Positions 19,429-27,643 of a stretch of 32,000 bases of DNA are shown in pieces. The position numbers and the translations under genes were made by a program. The notes beneath the pieces were generated by a model, which did no database searches, had not been told where the DNA came from, and worked only from the letters and a program-made list of their open reading frames with translations. Source of the stretch: Mycolicibacterium smegmatis (GTDB lineage Bacteria > Actinomycetota > Actinomycetes > Mycobacteriales > Mycobacteriaceae); the NCBI RefSeq assembly GCF_001457595.1, contig NZ_LN831039.1:870001-902000 (forward strand). Reading direction: 5' to 3'. The stretch's first letter is position 1, and each line of letters starts with the position of its first letter.

Positions 19429-19731
19429 ATGTTGAGGAGATCACGCCGACGTGAGTCGCGCCCGACGCCTCGAACCTGTGAACACCTCACGGCCGACATC
19501 GCCGAGCCGCGACCGCAGACACCTGGCTACTGCCAGGACTGTGCAGAACTAGGTGAGCGTACTTGGGCTCATCTGCGGATGTGTATGACGTGCGGCCACG
19601 TCGCGTGCTGTGACTCCAGTCCCCACCAACACGCGACCAAGCACTTTCATTCGACGGGCCACCCCGTCATGCGCTCGGCCGAACCGGGTGAGAGCTGGCG
19701 TTGGTGCTACATCGACCATCGGGTCGGTTGA
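19429..19731 (+). CDS. Small ZnF-UBP (UBP-type zinc finger) domain protein; start uncertain
   Basis: CEHL...PGYCQDCAELGERTWAHLRMCMTCGHVACCDSSPHQHATKHFHSTGHPVMRSAEPGESWRWCYIDH matches the Cys/His spacing of ZnF-UBP. Confidence 0.85.
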   Translation: MLRRSRRRESRPTPRTCEHLTADIAEPRPQTPGYCQDCAELGERTWAHLRMCMTCGHVACCDSSPHQHATKHFHSTGHPVMRSAEPGESWRWCYIDHRVG

Positions 19732-19754
19732 GCATCTGGCAGGCTGGACGTGCG

Positions 19755-21155
19755 ATGAGTGAATCGATTGAGGGTGCGTTGACCGACGATGCCGCTGCCG
19801 ACGAGTCCGCCGGCGCCGGTCCCGATGACACCGATGTGACCGACGATTCGGTGGCCGATACGGCCCCGGAGGACACTGCGCCGGACCCTGACGACACGGA
19901 ACCCGGGGACCGGGCGGCCGCCGACCAGGAGACCGACACCGACCCGGAGCCGCAACCTGTCGTCGGCCCCGACGCTGCCGACCATCGCCCGACCGTGATG
20001 CTGCTGGGCGGCGGTGCGCTGAGCCGGGAGCTCGCGCTGGCATTCCAGAACCTCGGCGGTGTGGTGGTGGCTGTCGACCGCTATGACGCGCCCGCCCACG
20101 GCGTCGCCGACCGCACCGCGGTGGTCGACCTGAACGACGCCGACGAACTCAGCGCCGTCATCGCGCGTGAGAAACCGCAGTACGTGGTTGCTGCCGAGTC
20201 CGGCGTCATCGCCGCCGACGCGCTGATCGCGGCGGCCGAACGCGGCGACAGCGAGGTGCTGCCCACGCCGCGCAGCATCCGCCTGAGCCAGAACCGTGAG
20301 GGCCTGCGCCGGCTGGCGTCCGACGAACTGGGTCTGCCCACCGTGCCGTTCTGGTTCGCCGGCTCCGTCGAGGAGCTGACGGCCGTGGCCGAGCACGCCG
20401 GGTATCCGCTGGTGGTCAAGCCGGTCACCGGCTCGCTGCGCGACGGCCAGTCCGTGCTGCTGCGGCCCGACGACATCGAGCCCGCGTGGAAGCGCGCGAC
20501 CACGGCCGGGCACTTCGCGCACAGCCGCGTGCTGGCCGAATCGGTGGTCGAGGTGGACTTCGAGGTCACCATGCTGACCATCCGCACCACGGGCCCGACC
20601 GGGCCGGGTGTGCAGTTCTGTGAGCCGATCGGGCACCGCCGCTCGGACAACGGCGTGCTGGAGTCCTGGCAGCCACAGCAGATGCCGCCCGCGGCCCTGG
20701 ACTCGGCCAAGTCGATCGCGGCGCGCATCGTCAACTCCCTGGGTGGACGCGGCGTCTTCGGCGTCGAACTGCTGGTGCAGGGCGAGGACGTCTACTTCTC
20801 CGATGTGCGGGTCCGGCCGCACGACAGCGGACTGGTGACGCTGCGCTCGCAGCGGCTCAGCGAGTTCGAACTGCACGCCAGGGCCATCCTCGGACTGGCG
20901 TGCGACACGATCATGATCTCGCCGGGTGCCGCCGAGGTCACCTACGCCGGTGCCGAGGCGGCGCCGTCGGTCGATGTCACCGCCGTGCTCGGCGAGGCGC
21001 TCGCCACCTCCGAGAGCGATGTACGCCTGTTCGGCCGCGCCGAGGAGTCCGACGACGGTCGCCGTCTGGGGGTGGCGCTGGCCACCGCACCGGATGTGAT
21101 CGTCGCGCGCGACCGGGCCCGCCGGGTGGGCACCGCCCTGCGCAGGCTCTGGTGA
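19755..21155 (+). CDS. purT: Formate-dependent phosphoribosylglycinamide formyltransferase (PurT-like, ATP-grasp) with an acidic N-terminal extension
   Basis: PTVMLLGGGALSRELALAFQNLGGVVVAVDRYDAPAHGVADRTAVVDLND, YPLVVKPVTGS, VEVDFEVTMLTIR and SDVRVRPHDSGLVTLRSQRLSEFELHARAILGL. Confidence 0.88.
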   Translation: MSESIEGALTDDAAADESAGAGPDDTDVTDDSVADTAPEDTAPDPDDTEPGDRAAADQETDTDPEPQPVVGPDAADHRPTVMLLGGGALSRELALAFQNLGGVVVAVDRYDAPAHGVADRTAVVDLNDADELSAVIAREKPQYVVAAESGVIAADALIAAAERGDSEVLPTPRSIRLSQNREGLRRLASDELGLPTVPFWFAGSVEELTAVAEHAGYPLVVKPVTGSLRDGQSVLLRPDDIEPAWKRATTAGHFAHSRVLAESVVEVDFEVTMLTIRTTGPTGPGVQFCEPIGHRRSDNGVLESWQPQQMPPAALDSAKSIAARIVNSLGGRGVFGVELLVQGEDVYFSDVRVRPHDSGLVTLRSQRLSEFELHARAILGLACDTIMISPGAAEVTYAGAEAAPSVDVTAVLGEALATSESDVRLFGRAEESDDGRRLGVALATAPDVIVARDRARRVGTALRRLW

Positions 21156-21158
21156 GCC

Positions 21159-21644
21159 ATGGCTGACAACACCAGGAACTCCGAGGACCCGGGGGACCCG
21201 CAGCCCGCGCCCGACCGGCCCACCGCGGCGCCGTTCCTGACCGCGCTCGTGGTCATTGTGCTCGTCGTGATCGGTGTGTTCTTGGTCAATGCGTTCAGCG
21301 GCGGCGACGGGCTGTCCGAGGAGGAACGCGTGGGCCGCGCGGCGGTCGGGCAGAACGACGCCATGCAGCGCGAGGACTACTCCGCGTTCGCCGGGTACAC
21401 GTGCGCCGACCAGCGTGGCAATGAGGCCGAGTTCCTTGCCCGGCAACGTGATTCGGTGCAGGATCAGGGTCCCAGGTACGTCGACGACGTGACCGGTGTG
21501 CGCATCGACGGTGACCGCGCCACCGCCACTGTGGTGTACCACTACGAGAAGGCCCCGGACGACAAGATCGACGTCGAGACCACGTTTGTGCGCGAGGACG
21601 GCGAATGGCGGGTCTGCACGAGTATGGGAGACTCACGCCCGTGA
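21159..21644 (+). CDS. Conserved small membrane protein (one TM helix plus a two-Cys extracytoplasmic domain)
   Basis: FLTALVVIVLVVIGVFLVNAFSG TM segment. C-terminal domain with YTCADQRGNE...GEWRVCTSMGD. Confidence 0.78.
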   Translation: MADNTRNSEDPGDPQPAPDRPTAAPFLTALVVIVLVVIGVFLVNAFSGGDGLSEEERVGRAAVGQNDAMQREDYSAFAGYTCADQRGNEAEFLARQRDSVQDQGPRYVDDVTGVRIDGDRATATVVYHYEKAPDDKIDVETTFVREDGEWRVCTSMGDSRP

Positions 21645-22051
21645 GCTATGCAGGGGATATCACGCCTGAGGAGGCCTGGAAACTTCTGAGCGAGAACTCC
21701 GAGGCCGTGCTGGTGGACTGTCGCACCGACGCCGAATGGCGGTTCGTCGGCGTGCCCGACCTGTCCTCGTTGCAGCGTGACGTCGTTTACATCGAGTGGA
21801 ACCGGTCCGACGGCACCCACAACGACGGTTTCGTCGAGGACCTCAAGGCCGCGGGTGTCAGCGGGGAACGCCCCGTGGTGTTCCTGTGCCGCTCGGGCAA
21901 CCGGTCCATCGGCGCCGCCGAGGCCGCGACCGCCGCGGGCATCGGCCCGTCCTACAACATCCTCGACGGGTTCGAGGGCCACCTCGACGAGAACCGGCAC
22001 CGCGGTGGCTCCGGATGGAAGGCCGTCGGCCTTCCGTGGAAGCAGAGCTAG
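21641..22051 (+). CDS. Rhodanese-like domain protein
   Basis: MSYAGDITPEEAWKLLSENSEAVLVDCRTDAEWRFVGVPDL...PVVFLCRSGNRSIGAAEAA (active-site CRSGNRS). GTG start overlaps the upstream stop. Confidence 0.93.
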   Translation: MSYAGDITPEEAWKLLSENSEAVLVDCRTDAEWRFVGVPDLSSLQRDVVYIEWNRSDGTHNDGFVEDLKAAGVSGERPVVFLCRSGNRSIGAAEAATAAGIGPSYNILDGFEGHLDENRHRGGSGWKAVGLPWKQS

Positions 22052-22060
22052 GGGACGGTC

Positions 22061-23278
22061 ATGACCGACGACATCCCATCCGTTCGCATCCCGGCGCCCC
22101 TGCCCGACGGCGTGAGCCAGGCGACCATCGGCGTGCGCGGCGGCCTGCTGCGTTCGGGTTTCGAAGAGACCGCCGAGGCGATGTATCTGACGTCGGGTTA
22201 CGTCTACGAGACCGCCGCGGCCGCCGAGAAGGCGTTCACCGGCGACATCGACCGCTACGTGTACTCGCGTTACGGCAACCCGACGATATCGATGTTCGAG
22301 GAGCGGTTGCGGCTCATCGAGGGCGCGCCCGCGTGTTTCGCGACCGCCACCGGCATGGCCGCGGTGTTCACCGCGCTCGGGGCGCTGCTGGGGGCGGGGG
22401 ACCGGTTGGTCGCCGCGCGCAGCCTGTTCGGATCGTGTTTCGTGGTGTGCAACGAGATCCTGCCGCGCTGGGGGGTCGAGACCGTGTTCGTCGACGGCGA
22501 CGATCTCTCGCAGTGGGAGGAAGCCCTTTCGGTGCCCACGACGGCGGTGTTCTTCGAGACGCCGTCGAACCCCATGCAGTCGCTGGTCGACATCGCCGCG
22601 GTATCGGAGATGGCCCACGCCGCAGGTGCGAAAGTGGTGCTGGACAATGTGTTCGCCACACCGCTGCTGCAGCAGGGCATCCCGATGGGCGCCGATGTGG
22701 TGGTGTACTCGGGCACCAAGCACATCGACGGCCAGGGCCGTGTGCTCGGCGGGGCCATCCTCGGTGATCAGGAGTACATCGACGGCCCGGTGCAGAAGCT
22801 CATGCGCCACACCGGCCCCGCGATCAGCGCGTTCAACGCCTGGGTGCTGCTGAAAGGTCTTGAGACGCTTGCGGTCCGGGTGGACTATTCCAACCGGTCG
22901 GCACAGCGGGTCGCCGAGTTCCTGGAAGGCCACCCGGCCGTGCGCTGGGTGAAATACCCGTTCCTCCAGTCGCATCCGCAGTACGAGCTGGCCAAGCGGC
23001 AGATGCGCGGCGGTGGCACCGTGGTGACCTTCGAACTCGACGGCGACGACGGCAAGGCCCGCGCGTTCGAGGTGCTCGACAAGCTGCGCGTCATCGACAT
23101 CTCCAACAACCTGGGTGACGCCAAATCGCTGATCACGCACCCCGCCACCACGACCCACCGGGCCATGGGCCCGGAGGGCCGCGCCGCGATCGGCCTGGGA
23201 GACGGTGTCGTGCGCATCTCGATCGGCCTGGAGGGCACCGAGGACCTGATCGCCGACCTCGACCAGGCGCTGAGCTGA
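22061..23278 (+). CDS. metZ: O-succinylhomoserine sulfhydrylase (Cys/Met metabolism PLP enzyme)
   Basis: 405 aa with VYSRYGNPTISMFEERL, DNVFATPLLQQGIPMGADVVVYSGTKHIDGQGR (PLP Lys), SLITHPATTTHRAMG and VRISIGLE. Confidence 0.92.
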   Translation: MTDDIPSVRIPAPLPDGVSQATIGVRGGLLRSGFEETAEAMYLTSGYVYETAAAAEKAFTGDIDRYVYSRYGNPTISMFEERLRLIEGAPACFATATGMAAVFTALGALLGAGDRLVAARSLFGSCFVVCNEILPRWGVETVFVDGDDLSQWEEALSVPTTAVFFETPSNPMQSLVDIAAVSEMAHAAGAKVVLDNVFATPLLQQGIPMGADVVVYSGTKHIDGQGRVLGGAILGDQEYIDGPVQKLMRHTGPAISAFNAWVLLKGLETLAVRVDYSNRSAQRVAEFLEGHPAVRWVKYPFLQSHPQYELAKRQMRGGGTVVTFELDGDDGKARAFEVLDKLRVIDISNNLGDAKSLITHPATTTHRAMGPEGRAAIGLGDGVVRISIGLEGTEDLIADLDQALS

Positions 23279-23281
23279 GCC

Positions 23282-23689
23282 GTGTCGAAGAAGAGCGACG
23301 CCAAGAAGGCGCGGCGTAAGAAGCGGCAGGCCGCGCGTGATTCGCGGTGGGTGCCGCACGAGGTCATCGAGCAGTTGCAGGCCGTGCAGGAGGGTGTCGT
23401 CGCCGATCTCGCCGAGTTCGACGAACGGATCACCGAGCGCGGCTGGGCTTTCGACGAGGACGAGTCGGACGACCACTACGCGATCTGGTACTACGAGCCG
23501 TCCGCACATGAGGTCTCCGACGGTGTGCCCGTCACCGGGATCTGGCTGGACGCCGAAGAGGACGGCGAGATCGTCCATGTGACGTTCGTCGGCACCGAGG
23601 AGCATTTCGGGTTCACCCACGCTCAGCTCTTCGAGCATCTCGACCAGATCGAGGCGTATCGCGCGGGTGATCCGCTACCGCGGTTCTAG
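23282..23689 (+). CDS. Conserved hypothetical protein
   Basis: MSKKSDAKKARRKKRQAARDSRWVPHEVIEQLQAVQEGVV...YEPSAHEVSDGVPVTGIWLDAEEDGE. GTG start 3 nt after the metZ stop. Confidence 0.75.
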   Translation: MSKKSDAKKARRKKRQAARDSRWVPHEVIEQLQAVQEGVVADLAEFDERITERGWAFDEDESDDHYAIWYYEPSAHEVSDGVPVTGIWLDAEEDGEIVHVTFVGTEEHFGFTHAQLFEHLDQIEAYRAGDPLPRF

Positions 23690-23693
23690 ACGC

Positions 23694-23750
23694 CGAAACC
23701 GACGAAATTGCCGTTGCGCGTTGCGTTTTGCGGCAATTTCGTCGGTTTCG
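23694..23750. terminator. Perfect 20-bp inverted repeat with 17-nt loop between convergent genes; possible bidirectional terminator
   Basis: CGAAACCGACGAAATTGCCG (23694-23713) and its exact reverse complement CGGCAATTTCGTCGGTTTCG (23731-23750). No adjacent U-tract in either direction. Confidence 0.6.
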
Positions 23751-23758
23751 CGTAGGAG

Positions 23759-24619
23759 CTACTTCTTTTCCGACTCGACGACACCCAGGGCGGCCTGGGC
23801 GCGGTCCTCGTAGGCCTTGCGCTTGGCGGTGTCGAACTCGAGGAACACATTGTCCAGGCCCAGCTTCTTGTTGAGCCAGCGACGTCCCTTGGGTGGCAAC
23901 ATCTGCGCGGCCTGCGCGGTGAACCGCAGCGGCGGCGGCACCGACACGTGGGTCTTGGGCTTGTTGAGCGTCTTGACGATGGCCGCCGCGATCTCCTCGG
24001 GTTCCACGGGCTTGATGGCCCCGCCGGACTTGGTGCCCGAGATCAGGTCGGTGTTGGTGAACGGCGGCATGATCACCGAGACGTCGACACCGTACGGGGC
24101 CATCTCGTCGGCCAGCGCCGTGGACAGCCCGACGACGGCGTACTTGGCGCCGACGTAGACCACCTGACCGGGCAGCGGGATGACACCCGACAGCGACGCG
24201 ATGTTGATGATGTGGCCGCGACGGCGCTTGACCATGTCCGGCAGGGCCAGCTGGCAGCCGGTGAGCACGCCGTACACGTTGACCTCGATGTTGGAGCGGA
24301 TCGACTGCTCGCTCTGCTCCAGGAACGGGCCGACCGGCATGACACCGGCGTTGTTGATCAGCACGTCGATGTGGCCGCCGCCGTCGGTGCGCGCCTTGTC
24401 CAGGAACGTCGCGAACGACTCGCGGTCGGTCACGTCCAGCGGATAGCCCGACACCTGGCCGAGCTTGCTCAGCTCGACGACCGCGGACTCCTGAAGTGCC
24501 ACGTCACGATCGCCGATGACGACGCGGGCGCCGTGGGCCAGCAGTGCCTTGGCGGTGGCATAACCGATACCGCGAGCGGCGCCGGTGATCGCGATGGTCT
24601 TGCCCCTGATGTTGTCCAT
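23759..24619 (-). CDS. Short-chain dehydrogenase/reductase (SDR)
   Basis: MDNIRGKTIAITGAARGIGYATAKAL (TGxxxGxG), DVLINNAGVMPVG and YVGAKYAVVGLSTALADE (YxxxK). Confidence 0.93.
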   Translation of the reverse strand: MDNIRGKTIAITGAARGIGYATAKALLAHGARVVIGDRDVALQESAVVELSKLGQVSGYPLDVTDRESFATFLDKARTDGGGHIDVLINNAGVMPVGPFLEQSEQSIRSNIEVNVYGVLTGCQLALPDMVKRRRGHIINIASLSGVIPLPGQVVYVGAKYAVVGLSTALADEMAPYGVDVSVIMPPFTNTDLISGTKSGGAIKPVEPEEIAAAIVKTLNKPKTHVSVPPPLRFTAQAAQMLPPKGRRWLNKKLGLDNVFLEFDTAKRKAYEDRAQAALGVVESEKK

Positions 24620-24626
24620 GGCGCCG

Positions 24627-24646
24627 AACTTTACACGTGTCAAGTT
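24627..24646. promoter_or_regulatory. 20-bp near-perfect palindrome directly upstream of the SDR ATG; candidate repressor operator overlapping a possible -10
   Basis: AACTTTACACGTGTCAAGTT is symmetric in 9 of 10 half-site positions with an ACACGTGT core. On the minus strand it contains TAAAGT, 8 nt before the ATG. Confidence 0.5.
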
Positions 24647-24698
24647 TGAGTGGGAAGGGGTGGTTGAGTCGTGGATCACTCCGCGCTGAAGGCTCATC

Positions 24699-25841
24699 TC
24701 AACTCCTCGGCAACGCGAACGCCAGGAACTGCGTCACCTCGAACGGCTGGAAGTTGTCGTCGCTGACCAGCACCACCGACTGGCGCCCGTCGGGCAGCCG
24801 CGGACCCAGGGTGAGCCCTTCGATGTTGTCGAGGCGGTCCAGACCTGGTGTCGCGCGCAGGTCGGCGGCCAGGGTCTTGGTCATCGGAATGACGGCCTGA
24901 TCTAGCAGTGAGGCCACGTCGAGCACGTCGGACGCGGGTCCGGTGTCCGCGCGGTACACCGACACCGCGACCTGACGCGGCAGGCTCGCGGCGCGCTCGA
25001 TGACCAGGAACGACGTCTCCGACAACGCCAGGATGTCGGAGACCCCGTTGAAGCCCGTCTCGGGAGCGGCGCGGTCGACGGGATACGCGTACTCCGCGAC
25101 AGGCGTCCGCGTGACGGTGTCGAACTTGGTGATGCGCACCAGCCCGGTGTGGTTCTCGTCGGTCGCAGGACCGTCCTGGTAGAGCGGTTGCTCCATCGCC
25201 GCGAAGAGGTAGCGCCCGTCCGGCGTCAGGGACAGCCCTTCGAGCACGCCGTTGGGCCGCGGACCGGCGGTCTGGTCCCCGGTGAACATGAAGCTCGGCG
25301 GCAGCGCGAACTCGCCCTGATAGGTCCCGTCGAGGCCGGCCACCCGGATCCACGGCTGCAGGATGGCGGGCTTGCCGGACGCGTCGTCGTGGATGTATCC
25401 CTCCGACGTCCAGTACAGGAGTCGGCGGCCGGCGTCGTAGGCGATCGCCTCGGCGTCGGGGGCCAGCACCGCCGGGTGGGCGGTGAAGTTGTTGCGTCCG
25501 AAAGGTTTTCCGGTCTCGTCGAGCAGCGGCTGGACACCGACGAACTGCACGTCGTCCACGCCGTTGCCGGACAGCCCGATTCGCGCGGTGTGGAAGCGGA
25601 CCGGGCCGTGCTCGGTCTTGTCGTCGCTGATGAGGTAGTACGTCTGATGCGCCGGGTCGTAGGTGATTCCCGAGAGGCCGCCAATCCTGTTGGGCGCACC
25701 GGCTTCCTGAGGCGGCAGCTGCCACTGGCCCAGATATTCGAGTGGTGTGTCGGCGACCGCGATCGGGGTGGTGGCGGCGGCTGCGGCGGCCATGACCGCC
25801 GCGGCGGTCATGGAGCGGGTCAACCGGAAAAGCGGATTCAT
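24699..25841 (-). CDS. Exported esterase-like-phytase family protein
   Basis: Signal peptide MNPLFRLTRSMTAAAVMAAAAAATTPIAVA. GGLSGITYDPAHQTYYLISDD, PNGVLEGLSLTPDGRYLFAAMEQPL and LDNIEGLTLGPRLPDGRQSVVLVSDDNF. Confidence 0.8.
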   Translation of the reverse strand: MNPLFRLTRSMTAAAVMAAAAAATTPIAVADTPLEYLGQWQLPPQEAGAPNRIGGLSGITYDPAHQTYYLISDDKTEHGPVRFHTARIGLSGNGVDDVQFVGVQPLLDETGKPFGRNNFTAHPAVLAPDAEAIAYDAGRRLLYWTSEGYIHDDASGKPAILQPWIRVAGLDGTYQGEFALPPSFMFTGDQTAGPRPNGVLEGLSLTPDGRYLFAAMEQPLYQDGPATDENHTGLVRITKFDTVTRTPVAEYAYPVDRAAPETGFNGVSDILALSETSFLVIERAASLPRQVAVSVYRADTGPASDVLDVASLLDQAVIPMTKTLAADLRATPGLDRLDNIEGLTLGPRLPDGRQSVVLVSDDNFQPFEVTQFLAFALPRS

Positions 25842-25974
25842 ACCCATCCGGAACGCCGCCGCGGCCCGAGCGACTCGAGCGCCGGCCTTGGCGGATTTTC
25901 GATCACGGTGAGTCTGGCGGGCATATTGCGCGACGTCGAACGTTGAACACCTCATGGGTATAGAAACGGTGGTG

Positions 25975-26484
25975 ATGTCCGAGCCGGGTCGAACTCATGT
26001 GCAGTTCGTGGCGGTCGGCCAGGATGACCCGCTGGCCGCGCCGCTGCTCGACGAGCTTGCCGACGAGTACTCGTCGCGGTACGGCAGTACCCGCGACGCG
26101 GTGATGACCTGGCTGCTCAGCCAGCCCGCCGAGGTGTTCGCCCCGCCGACCGGCGGCATGTTCGTCGGCCTGCTCGCGGGTGAGCCCGTCACGGGAGGCG
26201 CCTTCCAGCGGTTCGACGACGACACCGCCGAACTCAAGCGGATCTGGACCCACAGCGCGTACCGCAAGCGCGGGCTGGCCAAGGCCCTGCTGACGCACCT
26301 GGAGGACCAGATCGCCGCCCGCGGCTACCGGAAGGTCTACCTGACCACGGGCCACCTGCAGCCCGAGGCCGAAGCGCTGTATGCGGCCGCCGGCTACACC
26401 CGCCTACCCGAACCGTTGCCCGCCGACGGCACGGTGTTCCCCGTCGCCTTCCACAAGGTGCTGCCGGCCGAGGAGTCCGCATGA
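25975..26484 (+). CDS. GNAT-family N-acetyltransferase
   Basis: DDTAELKRIWTHSAYRKRGLAKALLTHLEDQIAARGYRKVYLTTGHLQPEAEALYAAAGYTRL, the GNAT acetyl-CoA binding region. The start could be GTG 25972. Confidence 0.88.
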   Translation: MSEPGRTHVQFVAVGQDDPLAAPLLDELADEYSSRYGSTRDAVMTWLLSQPAEVFAPPTGGMFVGLLAGEPVTGGAFQRFDDDTAELKRIWTHSAYRKRGLAKALLTHLEDQIAARGYRKVYLTTGHLQPEAEALYAAAGYTRLPEPLPADGTVFPVAFHKVLPAEESA

Positions 26485-27578
26485 ACGTTCCGTTGTCGAT
26501 CCTGGATCTCGCGCCGATCAGCGCCGGCGCAGATGCCGCCACGGCACTGCGCAACACCGTCGACCTCGCGCAGCACGCCGAGCAGTGGGGATACAAGCGG
26601 TACTGGGTCGCCGAGCATCATTTCGTCGCCGTCGCGAGTTCGGCGCCCGCGGTGCTCGTGGGCCAGATCGCGGCGGCCACCGAGCGGATCCGCGTCGGCA
26701 CCGCCGCGGTGCAGCTCGGACACACCACCGCCGTCGCGGTGGTGGAGAGCTTCGGGATGCTCGAGGCGTTTTATCCCGGACGGATCGACCTGGGCGTGGG
26801 ACGGTCGGGGCAGCGACGCGTCGAGGCGATGCGGGAGAAGCCGAAAACACCCAAACCGCCCCGGGAATGGCACGAGATCGACGGCGTGGTGATCCCGGCG
26901 CCGTTCGACATGCGGGCCCTGCTGACCGACCCGCGACTGCAGACGCGCATGGCCGTCCTTCAGCAACCACAAGCTGTCGCACCGGATTTCGCCGATCAGC
27001 TCGACGACATTCTCGCGATGCTGGCAGACCGCTACGAAATCGGCACCGTGGTGCCGGGTGCGGGCAGCGGGCTGACCCCGTGGATCTTCGGCAGCAGCAA
27101 GGGGCAGAGCGCGAGCGTCGCTGCGGCCCAAGGCCTTCCGTTCGTCGCCAGCTACCACATCACGCCGGCGACCGCGCTGGAGGCAATCGAGTTGTACCGC
27201 AACGAGTTCACACCGTCGGAACACCTCTCCGAACCGTACGTCGTGGTGTCGGCCGACATCGTCGTCGCCGACGACGAACCCACCGCCAAACGGCTCGCGG
27301 CAGGATACGGGCACTGGGTGTACTCGATCCGCGCCGGTGGCGGCGCTGTTCCGTATCCGGACTCCGAGCACCTGCCGCCGCTCACCGACGACCAGCTGAA
27401 CCTGGTGAGAGACCGCGTCGCGACGCAGTTCGTCGGCGACCCCGATCAGGTGGCCGAACGCCTCGAGGCGCTGCGCCGCGTCACCGGCGCCGACGAACTC
27501 GTCATCACGTCGGTGACCCACCGCCACGAGGACCGGTTGCGGTCGCATGAGCTGATCGCTCAGCGCTGGGGACTGTGA
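26481..27578 (+). CDS. LLM-class (luciferase-like) flavin-dependent oxidoreductase
   Basis: MNVPLSILDLAPISAGADAATALRNTVDLAQHAEQWGYKRYWVAEHHFVAVASSAPAVLVGQIAAATERIRVGTAAVQLGHTTAVAVVESFGML. ATG overlaps the GNAT stop region. Confidence 0.93.
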   Translation: MNVPLSILDLAPISAGADAATALRNTVDLAQHAEQWGYKRYWVAEHHFVAVASSAPAVLVGQIAAATERIRVGTAAVQLGHTTAVAVVESFGMLEAFYPGRIDLGVGRSGQRRVEAMREKPKTPKPPREWHEIDGVVIPAPFDMRALLTDPRLQTRMAVLQQPQAVAPDFADQLDDILAMLADRYEIGTVVPGAGSGLTPWIFGSSKGQSASVAAAQGLPFVASYHITPATALEAIELYRNEFTPSEHLSEPYVVVSADIVVADDEPTAKRLAAGYGHWVYSIRAGGGAVPYPDSEHLPPLTDDQLNLVRDRVATQFVGDPDQVAERLEALRRVTGADELVITSVTHRHEDRLRSHELIAQRWGL

Positions 27579-27643
27579 CGCGCAACTCGATGAAGCGTGC
27601 CCCGGACCGCCTATAGGCTGGGCCCCGCAAGAGCCGAACACCA

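Noticed and set aside
19707-21542. 611-aa ORF antisense to purT and the membrane protein
   Set aside because: Shadow ORF opposite PurT with no conserved motif and no independent start/RBS support.
21542-23638. 698-aa ORF antisense to rhodanese, metZ and the hypothetical gene
   Set aside because: Long open antisense frames are expected opposite high-GC3 genes. It spans three well supported sense genes and has no motif.
25966-25974. TATAGA just upstream of the GNAT gene (near 25960) as a promoter -10
   Set aside because: Lacks the conserved final T, has no properly spaced -35, and its distance to the several possible starts is ambiguous. Not strong enough to call.
26381-27641. Overlapping ORFs on both strands (26381-27550 +, 26394-27641 -) over the LLM oxidoreductase
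   Set aside because: The 26481-27578 frame encodes a clear luciferase-like oxidoreductase; the others are Arg-rich or motif-free.
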